A stretch of 64,000 nt of DNA, taken from assembly GCA_051530055.1 (NCBI GenBank), contig CM121342.1:3072797-3136796 (forward strand), written 5' to 3'. Of this stretch, positions 48,890 to 61,860 are shown piece after piece. Position 1 is the stretch's first letter. Every line of letters begins with the position of its first letter. Origin of the DNA: Neoechinorhynchus agilis. Taxonomy: Eukaryota > Animalia > Acanthocephala. The notes below the pieces were generated by a model. It made no database searches, had not been told where the DNA came from, and worked only from the letters and a program-made list of their open reading frames with translations. Both the position numbers and the translations under genes were made by a program.

Positions 48890-49799
48890 TTCCTCTTTTT
48901 TTCTATCCAATCAGTACGATTAATGTGAAACAGAATAGGTCCCTGAGGGTGGATGGTAGATGAACAACTCCCGGTAACAGGTTTATCAAAAAAAGACAGG
49001 AAAATGGCGAGCTGTTCACATAATGGGAATAAAATGTGTTCTAAAGCATGCCAGTATTGGTGCAGCCAAGAAAAAAATATGGATCGGTACTAACGCAGTA
49101 TAAATAGCAGATAAAAAAAAGGTAGTGGGAAATGTAGAGTGGGAAATGGGGACGGTGAGAGCAAATAAGACAAGAACAGATTAATATAATCGCCCATTTT
49201 TTCGATTTTAGCCAATGAAAATACGTTTTAGAAGAGTAATCCATTTTGATAAATTCATAATGTCTCCGAGATATCGGATTAATTCAATTTTTCCGTTGTG
49301 AATTGTGCCACTTTTTTAGCACTGCAGTCTCGGGTTCAGCAAACAAACCAACATGAGCGTTGATATCTTTCAATGTCGTATCTGAGATACAGAATTGGGT
49401 GAGAGGATGGAAAAATATTGAAACGTTGTTAATAATCAATCTTAAAGCGCGGCGATAGCAATTTAAAACCAATGAATCGAAATTTCAGTGTTCTCGCTTG
49501 CCTTTTAAGGAACTCAATGTGCCCCCTTTGTTTAGAGTAAAGGGTTTGGTCAACAAACGTCTATCAGCCAAATCGATTATTTACAATAAAGGACTCTTTA
49601 TTCTCGAAACATGACATCGATTAGGAGCAACAGAAAGGAGGGCATAATGGATCTATCTGCTATTGCTCTGTGTTGCTAATATAATTCAAAATCAGTTTTC
49701 CATGTTATGACCTCCGGTTACTTGGTAGATCCACGCCGTTCATAGAAAAGTTGCCTTGAATGTTAATGCTCGGACAATAGTTTTCGTAAATATATTCAT

Positions 49800-50410
49800 T
49801 AAAATGTCGATATGTGAGGAGGAGGAGGAGGTACCACGGGCTATATGGTTAGAAAGTTTAGAAATATTCACTCCTTTAAGGCATTTATTAAAGACGTTCA
49901 GTTTATTTCGCACGAAAGCAACAAGCTTGCGAAACGAATTGAGGATGAACCCTGCGAGGTTCGCAGAACGTCTTTAACAAACAATTAGACTTATTCTTTA
50001 GAACTCTGCAACCCCTTTAAAAAGTTTATTCAGTTTATTTCGCAAGAAAGCAACAAACTGGCAGTGAACCCGTGACGAGGTTCACATAACGTCTTTAATA
50101 AAAAATTAGAAATCTTCTTTAGAACTCTGCAACCCCTTTAAAAAGTTTATTAAAGACGTTCTGCGACCCTCGTCGGGTTCATCATCAGTTTATTTCACAA
50201 GAAAGCAACAAACTTGCGAAACGAACTGATGAACCCGTGACGAGATTCGCAGAACGTCTTTGACAAACAATTAGACTTATTCTTTAGAACTTTGTACCTC
50301 TTTAAAGCATTTATTAAAGACGTTCTGAGAACCTCGTCGGGTTCATAATCTGTTCTAAAATACAAGTGGTTCCATTTAACCACTTGTATTTTAGAACTGA
50401 TGATGAAATC
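49800..50410. repeat. Palindromic-unit tandem repeat family (copy 3)
   Basis: Same units. Begins with GTCGATATGTGAGGAGGAGG and ends in a perfect 20-bp stem GTTCTAAAATACAAGTGGTT/AACCACTTGTATTTTAGAAC. Confidence 0.9.
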
Positions 50411-52639
50411 GACATTTCCTATTGGTAGTTTTGCCAATATATTTCCGATATTTTGTCGGATAATTCCTCCAAATTTGTAGTTGAAGACCTAAACAATAAG
50501 TATATTAACGTTGGCGCAATGCGTCCAAAATTTAATTCAAAAAGATATAGCGAGCATGTGACAAAGGGATATACTTTTTCGTTTAATTGATTCCGCTTCT
50601 ACAAAAGCATCTTTGTATTTTCCCTTTGTGGGTATTTTTCACGAAGACCGGATGTTGCATTATTCGGCTCAAAGACAAGAATCGGGAATCCGCTTTGAGA
50701 GAACAACAATAATAATCGTATATTTGATATTCGTAAATACCCATTGAAAGTATCGCTTTCTTCAGCAAATGAACATTTTAAATGGTAAATGACATTTTTA
50801 CTGGAATTATGACTTATAATTAAGTAGCAAAAGCCTTAGACTGCTTAAATTTACCAGAATTCAAACAAAATCAAACGTGGGTGGTTTAAGAGTACTGATA
50901 AAAGAGCAGACAGTTTGACATCTTCATTCGACATTCTACATGGAGCTTAAATTTCCATACAATGCGTGGAATCTTTGCGTTAATCAGACTAAGAGCTTCC
51001 ATTTAAAATTCAATACTGTCATTTAATTTAGTTAGATCATAATTAAAACATACTTGGACCATTGTGCAATCGTTCTTTTTGCAATTCTCAAGGGTAATCG
51101 AGTTTCCTCCACACTCCATCGCCACTATTTAGATGCGTAAAATGTGTGAAATTTGGATATCTTGAAGCAGTTATCTTCACTAATGTGATTATTTAGTCGA
51201 TCTTGAAACTTATAGTGAAGTATAAATATTATCATTGGTCTTAAAAGTCCCAGTAAGGCGCTGTTGTGTCAATATTTAACTCATCCATATCGCCAGTTAT
51301 TACTTTGGCCACCAGAACAGAAACTATTGGTTAGTAAATGAGTTTTCTAATATCAAATGAATAATTTACATCGCCACGATGTTAGAATGCTGAATTTCTA
51401 GTGCCACTTTAAGTTCACATTTGTAAAAAAATCGAGACAACTAAATCTTACTACTACTACTTTCGAAACCAATAAAATGAGCTAAGATTTTGAAAAACAC
51501 AATATCGAAAAAATGATTGAGAAAATTTTTTAATTCATTGATCATTGTCAGTTATTCGAATTTCATCTTTAGACTGACCTATTATCTTATAAAATCTGAG
51601 AGTAATTATAAATTGAAAAAAAAACAAATGTCAAAAATTAAACAACAATATCATAACTTTTGAGATCATAGATGTTTTTCCAAAAGAAAATCGATAATCA
51701 CAGAGTTCAAATCCGTGCTTATTCGATGATGGTTTTCCACAGATTTGTATTTAAACAAAATAATGATATAAAAATGTTTTGTCCTTGCTAAAAGAATAAA
51801 ATATTAAAGATTTTAAAAAATCACTTAATTTTTTCATTGACGCGTTTGTCAAGAAGTTTGTCCGCGAGGAAAACTAGATCGATTTCGTCTCTAAAGTGCA
51901 TCTAAACCTCCCCAGCGATCCAATTTTCTGCACTGTAATCAACTTTCCAAAAAGGGCGCAGATCCTATGTAGTAGCTCGAGCATTTTAGTATAATTGTAT
52001 GGCACATATCATGCAGCAAATTTGGTTAAATGAGAAACGGCTAATTGTATTCAAAAGTGTTTATCGTGACATTTCACAACGGCCTATTTTTTGGCTGATG
52101 CCAATTAATATATAATTCCCAGCAATAGTTTACTTTCCACCAAGAGACTCATGTCTATTAATAACTTCCATCGCATGATGCAAAGCAAAGAGTGCGAACT
52201 TATTTTAAAACAACGAAAATCTTTGTATATAAAGGAATTTCTTTAAAAGTTAGAGTAAAAGGAAGTGCAAGGATTTCGAGAGTTACAACGAAGATCGACA
52301 ACGAGTAGTTTCTCATGAGACTTGAAACAGAATCAAAGACTGATTTCAAGTTAGTATGCAAAATCCTTTTAGAGGGAGAAATTAAAAATGATTATTAAAA
52401 ACCAGACTTGAGACAACAATTTCGCATGAATGAGAAGCAGCGCTTAGAGAATGATTTTAATAAAAAGCAAAAAATTATATAAAGATTTTGTAGGATACCA
52501 AAAATGTTATGCAATAGATAAAATTATGGCCTACTTCCAAATAAAGACAAAGCTGTCGCGAATACGAATGTGCAAATTGTTTGATAAAAAAAATTTTAAA
52601 TGTCCTTCCTCTTACAGGCAAGAGCTTCTTAGTCGCAGT

Positions 52640-54545
52640 AAATATATAAGAGAAATTTAATTCGAAAAATGGCTATATTTTCAATAGGTTCGTAAGTAGA
52701 TCCGGGAATCCGGATAAGCATTGATGTTTTATCAATACAACAAATAGCTCCATGCCGGAATTTTCGTTCGCCAATGAATCTCCAATATCATTTAGATCTC
52801 AGCTAAAAAATCAAAGTGATTTTGCCTAAAATTCACTTGATCATTTAAAGCTTATTTTTTTTAGTATCCAAGAACTGATGAGAACTTCGAGTAATTTATA
52901 ATGAATCTTTTTCTTTTATAATATCGTACGGATATTCTTTTCATGAAATCACTTATCGACCGATCGATTAAATCCGCCAATCATAGATACCGATAGAAAC
53001 GAAGAGCCTCTTAGTCCTAGTAGATTTCCAAGAGAAAATCTATTATCAGTGTCATGTTCTAATTCGAAAAGTGGCTGTATTTTCCAAAGGTTCGTAAGTA
53101 GATCTGAGAATCCGGATAAGCATTGATGTTTTATCAATACAACAAATAGCTAAATGCCGGAATTTCCGTTCGCCAATGAATATCCAATATCATTTAGATC
53201 CCAGCTAAAAAATCAAAATGATTTTGCCTAAAATTAACTTGATCATTTAAAGCTTATTTTTTTAGTATCCAAGAGCTGATGAGAACTTCGAGTAATTTAT
53301 AATGAATCTTTTTCTTTTATAATATCGTACGGATATTCTTTTCATGAAATCACTTATCGACCGATCGATTAAATCCGCCAATCATAGATACCGATAGAAA
53401 CGAAGAGCCTCTTAGTCCTAGTAGATTTCTAAGAGAAAATCTATTATCAGTGTCATATTCTAATTCGAAAAGTGGCTGTATTTTCCAAAGGTTCGTAAGT
53501 AGATCCGAGAATCCGGATAAGCATTGATGTTTTATCAATACAACAAATAGCTAAATGCCGGAATTTCCGTTCGCCAATGAATCTCCAATATCATTTAGAT
53601 CCCAGCTAAAAAATCAAAATGATTTTGCCTAAAATTCACTTGATCATTTAAAGCTTAATTTTTTTAGTATCCAAGAGCTGATGAGAACTTCGAGTAATTT
53701 ATAATGAATCTTTTATAATATCGTACGGATATTCTTTTCATGAAATCACTTATCGACCGATCGATTAAATCCGCCAATCATAGATACCGATAGAAACGAA
53801 GAGCCTCTTAGTCCTAGTAGATTTCCAAGAGAAAATCTATTATCAGTGTCATATTCTAATTCGAAAAGTGGCTGTATATTCCAAAGGTTCGTAAATAGAT
53901 CCGAGAATCCGGATAAGCATTGATGTTTTATCAATACAACAAATAGCTCCATGCTGGAATTTCCGTTCGCCAATGAATCTCCAATATCATTTAGATCCCA
54001 GCTAAAAAATCAAAATGATTTTGCCTAAAATTCACTTGATCATTTAAAGCTTAATTTTTTTAGTATCCAAGAGCTGATGAGAACTTCGAGTAATTTATAA
54101 TGAATCTTTTATAATATCGTACGGATATTCTTTTCATGAAATCACTTATCGACCGATCGATTAAATCCGCCAATCATAGATACCGATAGAAACGAAGAGC
54201 CTCTTAGTCCTAGTAGATTTCTAAGAGAAAATCTATTATCAGTGTCATGTTCTAATTCGAAAAGTGGCTGTATTTTCCAAAGGTTCGTAAGTAGATCTGA
54301 GAATCCGGATAAGCATTGATGTTTTATCAATACAACAAATAGCTAAATGCCGGAATTTCCGTTCGCCAATGAATCTCCAATATCATTTAGATCCCAGTTA
54401 AAAAATCAAAATGATTTTGCCTAAAATTCACTTGATCATTTAAAGCTTAATTTTTTTAGTATCCAAGAGCTGATGAGAACTTCGAGTAATTTATAATGAA
54501 TCTTTTATAATATCGTACGGATATTCTTTTCATGAAATCACGTAT
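52640..54545. repeat. Tandem repeat, about 396-401 bp unit, about 4.7 copies
   Basis: Near-identical ORF fragments start at 53137, 53538 and 54330 (minus strand), with the corresponding segment in 53746-53973. Confidence 0.95.
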
Positions 54546-54894
54546 CGAATGGGAAATAAACTTTTCACTCCTTCCTCAACAAGACCATCTCGAACCTTTA
54601 TCGAGTTATCAGTCCAATCGCAAATTGCCTAAGGAATTCTTCCCCATTTCCGGAATAGGACTCCATAATCGCTTTTGTAGCTTACTTCCGATTGTAACCT
54701 TCATTTTATTTCTATTCAGTAGTTTTGGGATGTTCCTTGCTTTGCGCTTTTCTTCTAAAATTTCTAGTATGTTTTTCCACTTGCTGGTTGAATCTGCGCT
54801 TTTCGATTCTGGGTTCCCTTATAAGATCTTGATGATTCAAACCGAGAGAAAAATTGCTAGCAGTCATGCTTTAAAAAAGGTTACTGAAATTGTT

Positions 54895-55448
54895 TAACTT
54901 ATTTAATTTTACTAATTTTTTTAATCTTGTAAAAGACATTGTCGACGAGAAAATTGTAATTTAATTAAATCGAAATTTACAAAACCTTGATAAAGGCTCA
55001 AGATTAATAATATTCCTTCAATTTTTTCGCTATAAACAAGGATGAATAATTTAATCTTTTTGAGTGCGATCATAATCCTTTTTGTTCCTCGAGTCGATTG
55101 ATTTCTCATGAACTTAACTCGTATTCGCTTTATTCATGCTGTAAATATTGCAATTTGATCAATACTTTAAAGATATCTTCGGTAAAATCTGAATTTTTTT
55201 GTTTGGGGTACAGAGTTCGTTTTTATTCGAGCCTTGAAGTGCATTCGGAATTATCCGACTCAAAAGATTATGATCACACTCAAGAAGATTAAAGTATTCA
55301 TCCTTGTTTATAGCAGAAAAATTGAAGCAATTTTATTAATCTTGAGCCTTTATCAAGGTTTTGTAAATTTCGATTAGATTAAATTACAATTTTCTCGTCG
55401 ACAATGTCTTTTACAAGATTACAAAAATTAGTAAAATTAAATAAGTTG
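54895..55448. mobile_element. MITE/fold-back element with about 110-bp TIRs
   Basis: AACTTATTTAATTTTTACTAA...GGCTCAAGATTAATAA (about 54896-55010) is the reverse complement of about 55333-55448. Confidence 0.85.
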
Positions 55449-56239
55449 AATTTTTCATTTGCATTTTGTGAGCGAAACTAAAACAGGGCAGAATTTGAAG
55501 GATGAGTGCTAGCAATTTTCCTCAATACCAAATGGAAGCGGCAAAACTAAGAAAAAGAAAGTGCCTTTTTCCCGTCGAAGACAGTTACCTAAAAAAATGA
55601 ATAATTTTTTGTATATCATTGCGATCAGCAAATTTATTTAGATTGAACTGTTCATATTTATTGTACGGCAAAATATCAAATTTTAAAAATAAAATCATTT
55701 CAATTTCCTCGCCATAAAACAACATTTTTTCATGATTTTATACAAATCACTGTAAAAAATTTTTTTTAACGTCTATTTCTATTTCCCATCAACCTTTAAA
55801 AAATGTTCAATGTCTCTCCAGACAAAGACAAATTCCGTTCCGCACTACATGAACTTCGTGTTCTATCAACGATCTGAAAAAAATGTTTCCTTTATTTTTT
55901 TTATTAATCACACCGAAATGGTCGTCTTTTATTGTCGACTTAAATTATTCGATGTGTTGTTGTAACGCAACCACTTGATTGCAATCTCGTTAAAAAACAG
56001 TCTTTTGAAGTTTAGTATAGACCAATCCAAAATTTTATTCTGCTCATTCGAGAATCGAAACTTTATTTCTGTTTTTAAAATTCTGTCTCTTGAAATGGTA
56101 GTTACGTCTTAAAGACTTAATTATTGTCTTAAAAACTAGTTTCGCAATTTCTGCGACGAGAACTCGTGCTTTTAAATAAAAGTATAGAGCAATCCATAGC
56201 CTCTAAAAGACAATCGACTTCAGAATGATTGTGTGCGTT

Positions 56240-57065
56240 TCTCTCTAGTGCATAGAGTTATAATTTAGAACTCTTCATCCCTTTAAAGAGTTTATTAAAG
56301 ACGTTCTGTGAACATCATCGAGATGGGTTCATTATCAGTTTATTTCACAGGGATGCAACAAACTGATAATGAACCCCTTCGGGGAGGTTCGCAGAACGTC
56401 TTTAATAAAAAAATTAGAAATATTCTTTAGAACTCTGCAACCCCCATAGAGAGTTTATTAAAGACGTCCCGCGAACCTCGTCCGGGGGGTCATCATCAGT
56501 TTATTTCGCAAGAAAGCAACAAACTTGCGAAACGAACTGATAATGAACCCTGCGAGGTTCACAGAACGTCTTTAATAAAAAATTAGACTTATTTTTTAGA
56601 ACTCTGCAACCCCTTTAAAAAGTTTATTAAAGACGTTCTGCGACCCTCGTCGGGTTCATCATCAGTTTATTTCGCAAGAAAGCAACAAACTTGCGAATCG
56701 AACTGATGATGAACCCTGCGAGGTTCACAGAACGTCTTTAATAAAAAATTAGACTTATTCTTTAGAAGTCTGCAACCCCTTTAAAAAGTTTATTAAAGAC
56801 GTTCTGCGAACCTCGTCCGTGGGATTCATCATCAGTTTATTTCACAAGAAAGCAACAAACTTGCGAATCGAACTGATGATGAACCCTGTGAGGTTCGCAG
56901 AACGTCTTTACCAAACAATTAGACTTATTGTTTAGAACTCTTCATCCCCTTTGAAAAGTTTATTAAAGACGTTCTGCGAACCTCACCGAAGGGGTTCATC
57001 ATCATCAGTTCTAAAATACAAGTGGCTTAATGGTTATTCTGCTCTCACACGCGCTTATGGTTCAT
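56240..57065. repeat. Palindromic-unit tandem repeat family (copy 4, about 4.5 units of about 166-170 bp)
   Basis: TTTAATAAA recurs at 56401, 56571 and 56737; ends with TAAAATACAAGTG...GCTCTCACACGCGCTTATGGTTCATT as in copy 2. Confidence 0.92.
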
Positions 57066-57418
57066 TATGTGAAGATTTCTAAACGATAATTCTCAAATAC
57101 TTATATTCCGGTATCTCCCCATTTGGGTCCTCATAAACACTTGAATTCTGATTTGTTCAGTGAATGCGGTTTGTTGTTTTTGGAGTGGATTACGGGTTCG
57201 GTCGGGTTCTTTCCTCGGGTTACATTTCTAGAGCTTATTTTTTTGGCGTTCACATATTCGTCTAATCTGCATGATACGCTAACCCGTTTCCTTCCTTTAA
57301 GCTCCGTTAACTGAATCCGGAAGCACGCCTTATTGTCCGACGCCGTAATTCGATGATTTCAAGCGTTTCAGACACTCGTAGGAAAGATGGCGTTAATCTA
57401 TTGACGGCGTCGACAAAA

Positions 57419-59386
57419 ATGTTAATCCATTGTTTCTCTTTGCCAATCATAATCATAGCCAGCATTCCATTATTTGGCTCGGTGTACGGTGGAGGCAACG
57501 CAAATGGTACTGCAGCGACTACATATCTGCGAACTGAGGCCGGACGCAGTGTTGAGTTTGCATGTAGTAATGATGTTCGAAGTACTCGAAACACGAGTTT
57601 AATGTTCTCGGATGATGAAGGTTCTACATGGAGTCCACTTAATGGATTCAATATAACCAAAGGTGTTGTTCGTATCGACGGTGTTGATTTAAAACATTCA
57701 GGACTGTATAAATGTTTGGGTGGATCGGAGAAATTGTATCATCTGTGGGTATACGGTGAGTTTTGCAGTTAATCGAAGACGATATTCATTTCTTACGCCA
57801 TAGATCTCCAACTCAGTTGGGTATACACTTGTCCATCTGACGGAAGTGCTCATTGTAGCCCAGACTACGACAAAAATAGAATGTATATTGTCGAAAATGC
57901 TACTGTGGTTCTGGGATGCACTTCCTTTTACGCTAACATGGGCGAGTCGGTTAAACTTGAAACAAGAGTTCCTTCGCATTGGGAATCACCTCTTGAAAAA
58001 TCAAACAAATCATCCGTGTCCCAATCGAAGAGATGGCGAGTGTCTATCAGTGCTCGTGATAGAAAACAAAAGGTTCAATGTGCAATTAGAGCTCTAAACC
58101 GAGAAGGAAAGTATGAGACACTAGCAGAAACCGGTTTCACTATTGAAGTAAGAGGTGAATATTTGTTTATTGTAAGAGAACAACATTAGCCAATATTCAC
58201 CACCACGTCTTAACCTCAAATTTATTTTTTATACAGTCAAATCAAAAATATGAACGCCTGGCAGAAATTTTTCGGGATTATTGAAGACCAGACGAGGCTT
58301 CCAACGTTTCCGAATCTATTTCAGATTCTAAATTTAGTTAAGACTTCAACGCACGGAACGGCGAAGCATTTTTATCCTCCATTGCCTCGTAGAAGCATCC
58401 AGCATTCCCTTTCTTAAGCGCTGATTCCCTGATAAAAATAGTTTTGTTGTTGCGACTATTTTTCAGGATTAGTTATGCGGTTAATTGTCTCAATAGCGAG
58501 AGAGGCTGGAAAACACGGAGAACGAGACGGGTCGAGGCATTGGTATTTCTCCTTTTCTCGATGTCGTTTTTGCCATTTTACCGGCTTCTGAAACTGCATG
58601 GGACAAGTTGTTCTTCGCAATCGTATTCGTGCTCTTCTAAATATCATTTTAATGTTACTACTTGAATCTTTTTTTTGCCTCGTAAACTACATCTTCTGTA
58701 TGGATTAGAATCAACGATTTTAAAATACAAAACTGCAAAAGATTCAGACTCTTGTCTTTTAAATAGATGCAAAAAATCCAGATTCTCTTCTTGATGACAA
58801 ACGATTCAGCGGTCTCTCGCTTTGGTTCGGCAGTTATTACAGTAAGAACTAATCTTTGATTCCACTAATTCCTTTAAAAAAGAAGAATACATAAGCTTAA
58901 TTTTCTCAATATTGTCAATAATTGCGGCACTTACAATACTAGTCTGTTGGAAACGACGAAGACATCGAAAGATCGCAATGACTCCAAGTGAGAGTTTGTT
59001 CGTTTGGCTGAAAGTAATTCACTTTCTCTTTTTAAGCCAATCAACGACAAAGATCGAACAGTATTCTTCTATCACGAAGGTAAACAAAGTGATTTTAGGT
59101 GTGTTTTAGTTTAATGGAATTATTTAGTGTAAGAGATAAAAGATTGCATAGTGGTCCAGGTAATATATTTCTCTAACTTTTAACCCTATTATTCAATGGA
59201 AATTTATGTCAAGTGATTGGTTATTCGATTCCTGCGGAACACATAGCTCATACAAGAGCTTCAGCCGAATATTTCGATCGATCGAGGGCATCATTAGCCC
59301 TGATCAACTCAAAATATCCAGATTCGTCCGATTCGGAAAACGATACACGAACACCACCCAAACGGCCACCCCCGAGGCTTAAATAA
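57419..59386 (+). CDS. Type I membrane protein with two Ig-like domains
   Basis: Signal MLIHCFSLPIIIIASIPLFGSVYG; Ig motifs VEFAC...VDLKHSGLYKC and ATVVLGC...VQCAI; TM YISLIFSILSIIAALTILVCW followed by KRRRHRK; proline-rich tail. All introns can be read as GT-AG. Confidence 0.75.
58250..58416 (+). mobile_element. Possible hAT-transposase C-terminal (dimerisation) remnant in an Ig-gene intron
   Basis: NAWQKFFGIIEDQTRLPTFPNLFQILNLVKTSTHGTA loosely resembles the hATC W...FPNL..L..L.L..P.S.A motif; short, and recognised by eye only. Confidence 0.3.
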
Positions 59387-60910
59387 ACATCGATTTTAAA
59401 GTGTGTGTTTCAATTTCTGATCAAAATAAACAGTACTTGATCTCTCGGTTTATGTAAAAATAATTGGATACATTTATTTGAAAGCTCGTTTCAAAAAGCG
59501 GATAGCAATGTTCCCTCTGATTTTGTGACAGGCAAAAGATTAAAACGGACAAATCCGAATGAAAACCTTAAATGAGCGGAATCTGTAATTATAGTAACAC
59601 ATTTTTGATCCTCCGAACACTCGAATCCGCAGGAGAGATTGTTAGGTTGTAAGGTTGGGTATTTCCTCCGATTCATGATAGTTAGAATTGTTTTTGGTTT
59701 GTAGGTTGATTTTTGTTTATTTGATTTTTGTCGGTGTGCGAGGAACTGAAGGATGAAAAATATTGGGGCGACGCGAGTGTTGTAATTGTGAGTAAAATAT
59801 ATAGAAAAGGATAAATTTAATATTCCTTTTTAAACAATTAAACTTAATTTTATTGAGGATTTCATTAAGGTATGGTCAGATTTATATTGTTGTTAAGGTC
59901 GCTTGTCGACAACACCCGAGAGGACTATGTATTAAAGGCGGCTGAATCAATTAGAGTCATTTAGCACTTACTTGAAAGGATTTCATTTGCTTGAAAGTAA
60001 ATTGAATTGATAAAATAACTCTGACTCAATCAGTTCAAATATAGTTGGTGGATTGCCAACTGATTTCTCAACCGCATGTTGTCGTTTCAATTGTCACTTT
60101 ATTTAAGCGATTTCCGCGATTAAGAACAAATGTTTATTAATGATCGATATTTCGGGGTTTTATTCCTTCTTCAAGGTCCAACACAACACACACACAATTG
60201 TTTGCAAGTGTTTACGACCTCTGAAGAAGGAGTAAAACTCCGAAATCGCGGTCATTGATAAACATTTGTTCAACCGTGGAAATTACTTAAATAACAACAA
60301 TTGAAAAGTCCAAATATATACATTCTTCTTTAAAGATATCGCTTCTCGGATGTCGACAAGCGACCTAAACAACAATAAATTAAGCTTAATAATTTGTTAT
60401 ATACATACGTGATCCCGATCTAATTTACCTTTTCACCCCCAATCTTCAAACTAGTGAATTTGTTTGTATTAGGCGTATAAAAATTCAAACGATTTATTGG
60501 TTCGTGTCTACGAAACAACGTTGATAAACGCTTATAATATTGTACCTTCGAAAACAATTGGAACCAATGAATCCTTTGAATTTTTACACGCCTATCACAA
60601 ACATGAACAATTCAATCTTCAAGCTAATGAATTTGCACAGTTTAGCATTTTATGATTGCTTGAGAAATGATGAATTTTGTATTGGGACCTCAATCGCTAT
60701 TCGGGCGGAGGGAAGACTAATGAATTTGCATAGTTTAGCATTTTATGATTGCTTGAGAAATGATGAATTTTGTATTGGGACCTCACCCGCTATTCGGGCG
60801 GAGGGGATAGCCTTTTATAATTTGAATTGTAGTTTCAGTCCTTTATGCAGTAGCGTAAAATTAAACAACCAATGTCCATTAAATTTCATTTTTGGTAATT
60901 TTCGGCCACG

Positions 60911-61195
60911 AAGATGAGAGAGAATGACGAAGCAAGAAAAGTACTTCATTGAAGCACCATCCATCAGTCGTCTATGGAACTCAAAAATGGAAACTGTAAT
61001 CACAAAGATTTATATAACAAGAAGGGCAGGACTCTCCAAACAGTACTTCGACCGAAGAATGAGAATGGTATTTCTGGTTGTGTCTACAAGATCCCAAGTT
61101 CCAACTGCAATATATCAAATGTGGGACAAACGAACAATCTAAAAAGAAGGATTGCCGAGCACCGAAAAGCAACCTTAAAGAAGACTCATCATTAA
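60911..61195 (+). mobile_element. Penelope-like GIY-YIG fragment
   Basis: RPKNENGISGCVYKIPSSNCNISNVGQTNNLKRRIAEH. Confidence 0.75.
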
Positions 61196-61296
61196 ATTTT
61201 ACTTTTGTCCTTCTTGTCCGGCTTATTTCTAGGCACAAAGCCAAACAAACCAATTGCATCAGAGAAGTCATATAACCACATAGTCTCTAATGCACG

Positions 61297-61486
61297 GTTA
61301 AAAGTTTGTACATCTCTCCGGATTCTCAGATGAGTCCCGGGGAGCCGGGACTCATCAGTGAGTTTCCTCCTTTCAACGAGGTATTTCGTCCCCTTTGGTC
61401 GTGCGTCATTGGCGGTAACGGATTCGAACCAGTTGACCCTCAACTGGTGGGATCTGGAGCATTAGTCCATTTGACCACCTCGACAC
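61297..61486 (-). mobile_element. tRNA-derived SINE (copy 2)
   Basis: GTCGAGGTGGTCAAATGG (A box) and GGTTCGAATCC (B box); body shared with 24060-24242. Confidence 0.8.
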
Positions 61487-61599
61487 AATTACGAAATGTC
61501 AAACCCAGCCAGTTTTTCGACTCAGGGTGAGGCGCTGTATTCTATTTTACGTTTTACTGGCAAGCCGGTTTGTTTTCATATCATCATTAAATTTAGTTT

Positions 61600-61860
61600 G
61601 CCCCTTCTTGTCCGACTTATTTTTAGGCACAAAGCCAAACAAATTGCATCAGAGAAGTGATATAACCACATAGTCTCCAATGCACGGTTAAAAGTTTGTA
61701 CAATTGCATCAGAGAAGTGATATAACCACATAGTCTCCAATGCACGGTTAAAAGTTTGTACGCATCCCTCGGGATTCTCAGATGCCTCCCGGGGAGGCGG
61801 GACTCATCAGTGAGTTTCCTCCCTTCAACGAGGTATTTCGCCCCCTTTGGTCGTGCATCA
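61600..61860 (-). mobile_element. 5'-truncated SINE copy 3 with duplicated 60-bp 3' segment
   Basis: CAATTGCATCAGAGAAGTGATATAACCACATAGTCTCCAATGCACGGTTAAAAGTTTGTA occurs twice, followed by the SINE body. Confidence 0.7.

Noticed and set aside
56240-57065. CRISPR-like appearance of the palindromic repeat arrays
   Set aside because: The sequence between palindromes is conserved rather than unique spacers, units are about 168 bp, the context is eukaryotic and there are no cas genes.
58155-58900. Apparent frame break in the Ig gene
   Set aside because: Resolved by canonical introns (about 58155-58766 and about 58832-58882) around a small in-phase exon.
59440-59760. Possible terminal exon of a minus-strand gene (acceptor CCTTCAG and about 85 open codons)
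   Set aside because: No upstream exons or recognisable domain could be linked to it.
61297-61400. Hammerhead ribozyme (CTGATGAG core) in the SINE body next to a Penelope fragment
   Set aside because: The required GAAA after stem II and a convincing three-stem arrangement could not be found by eye.
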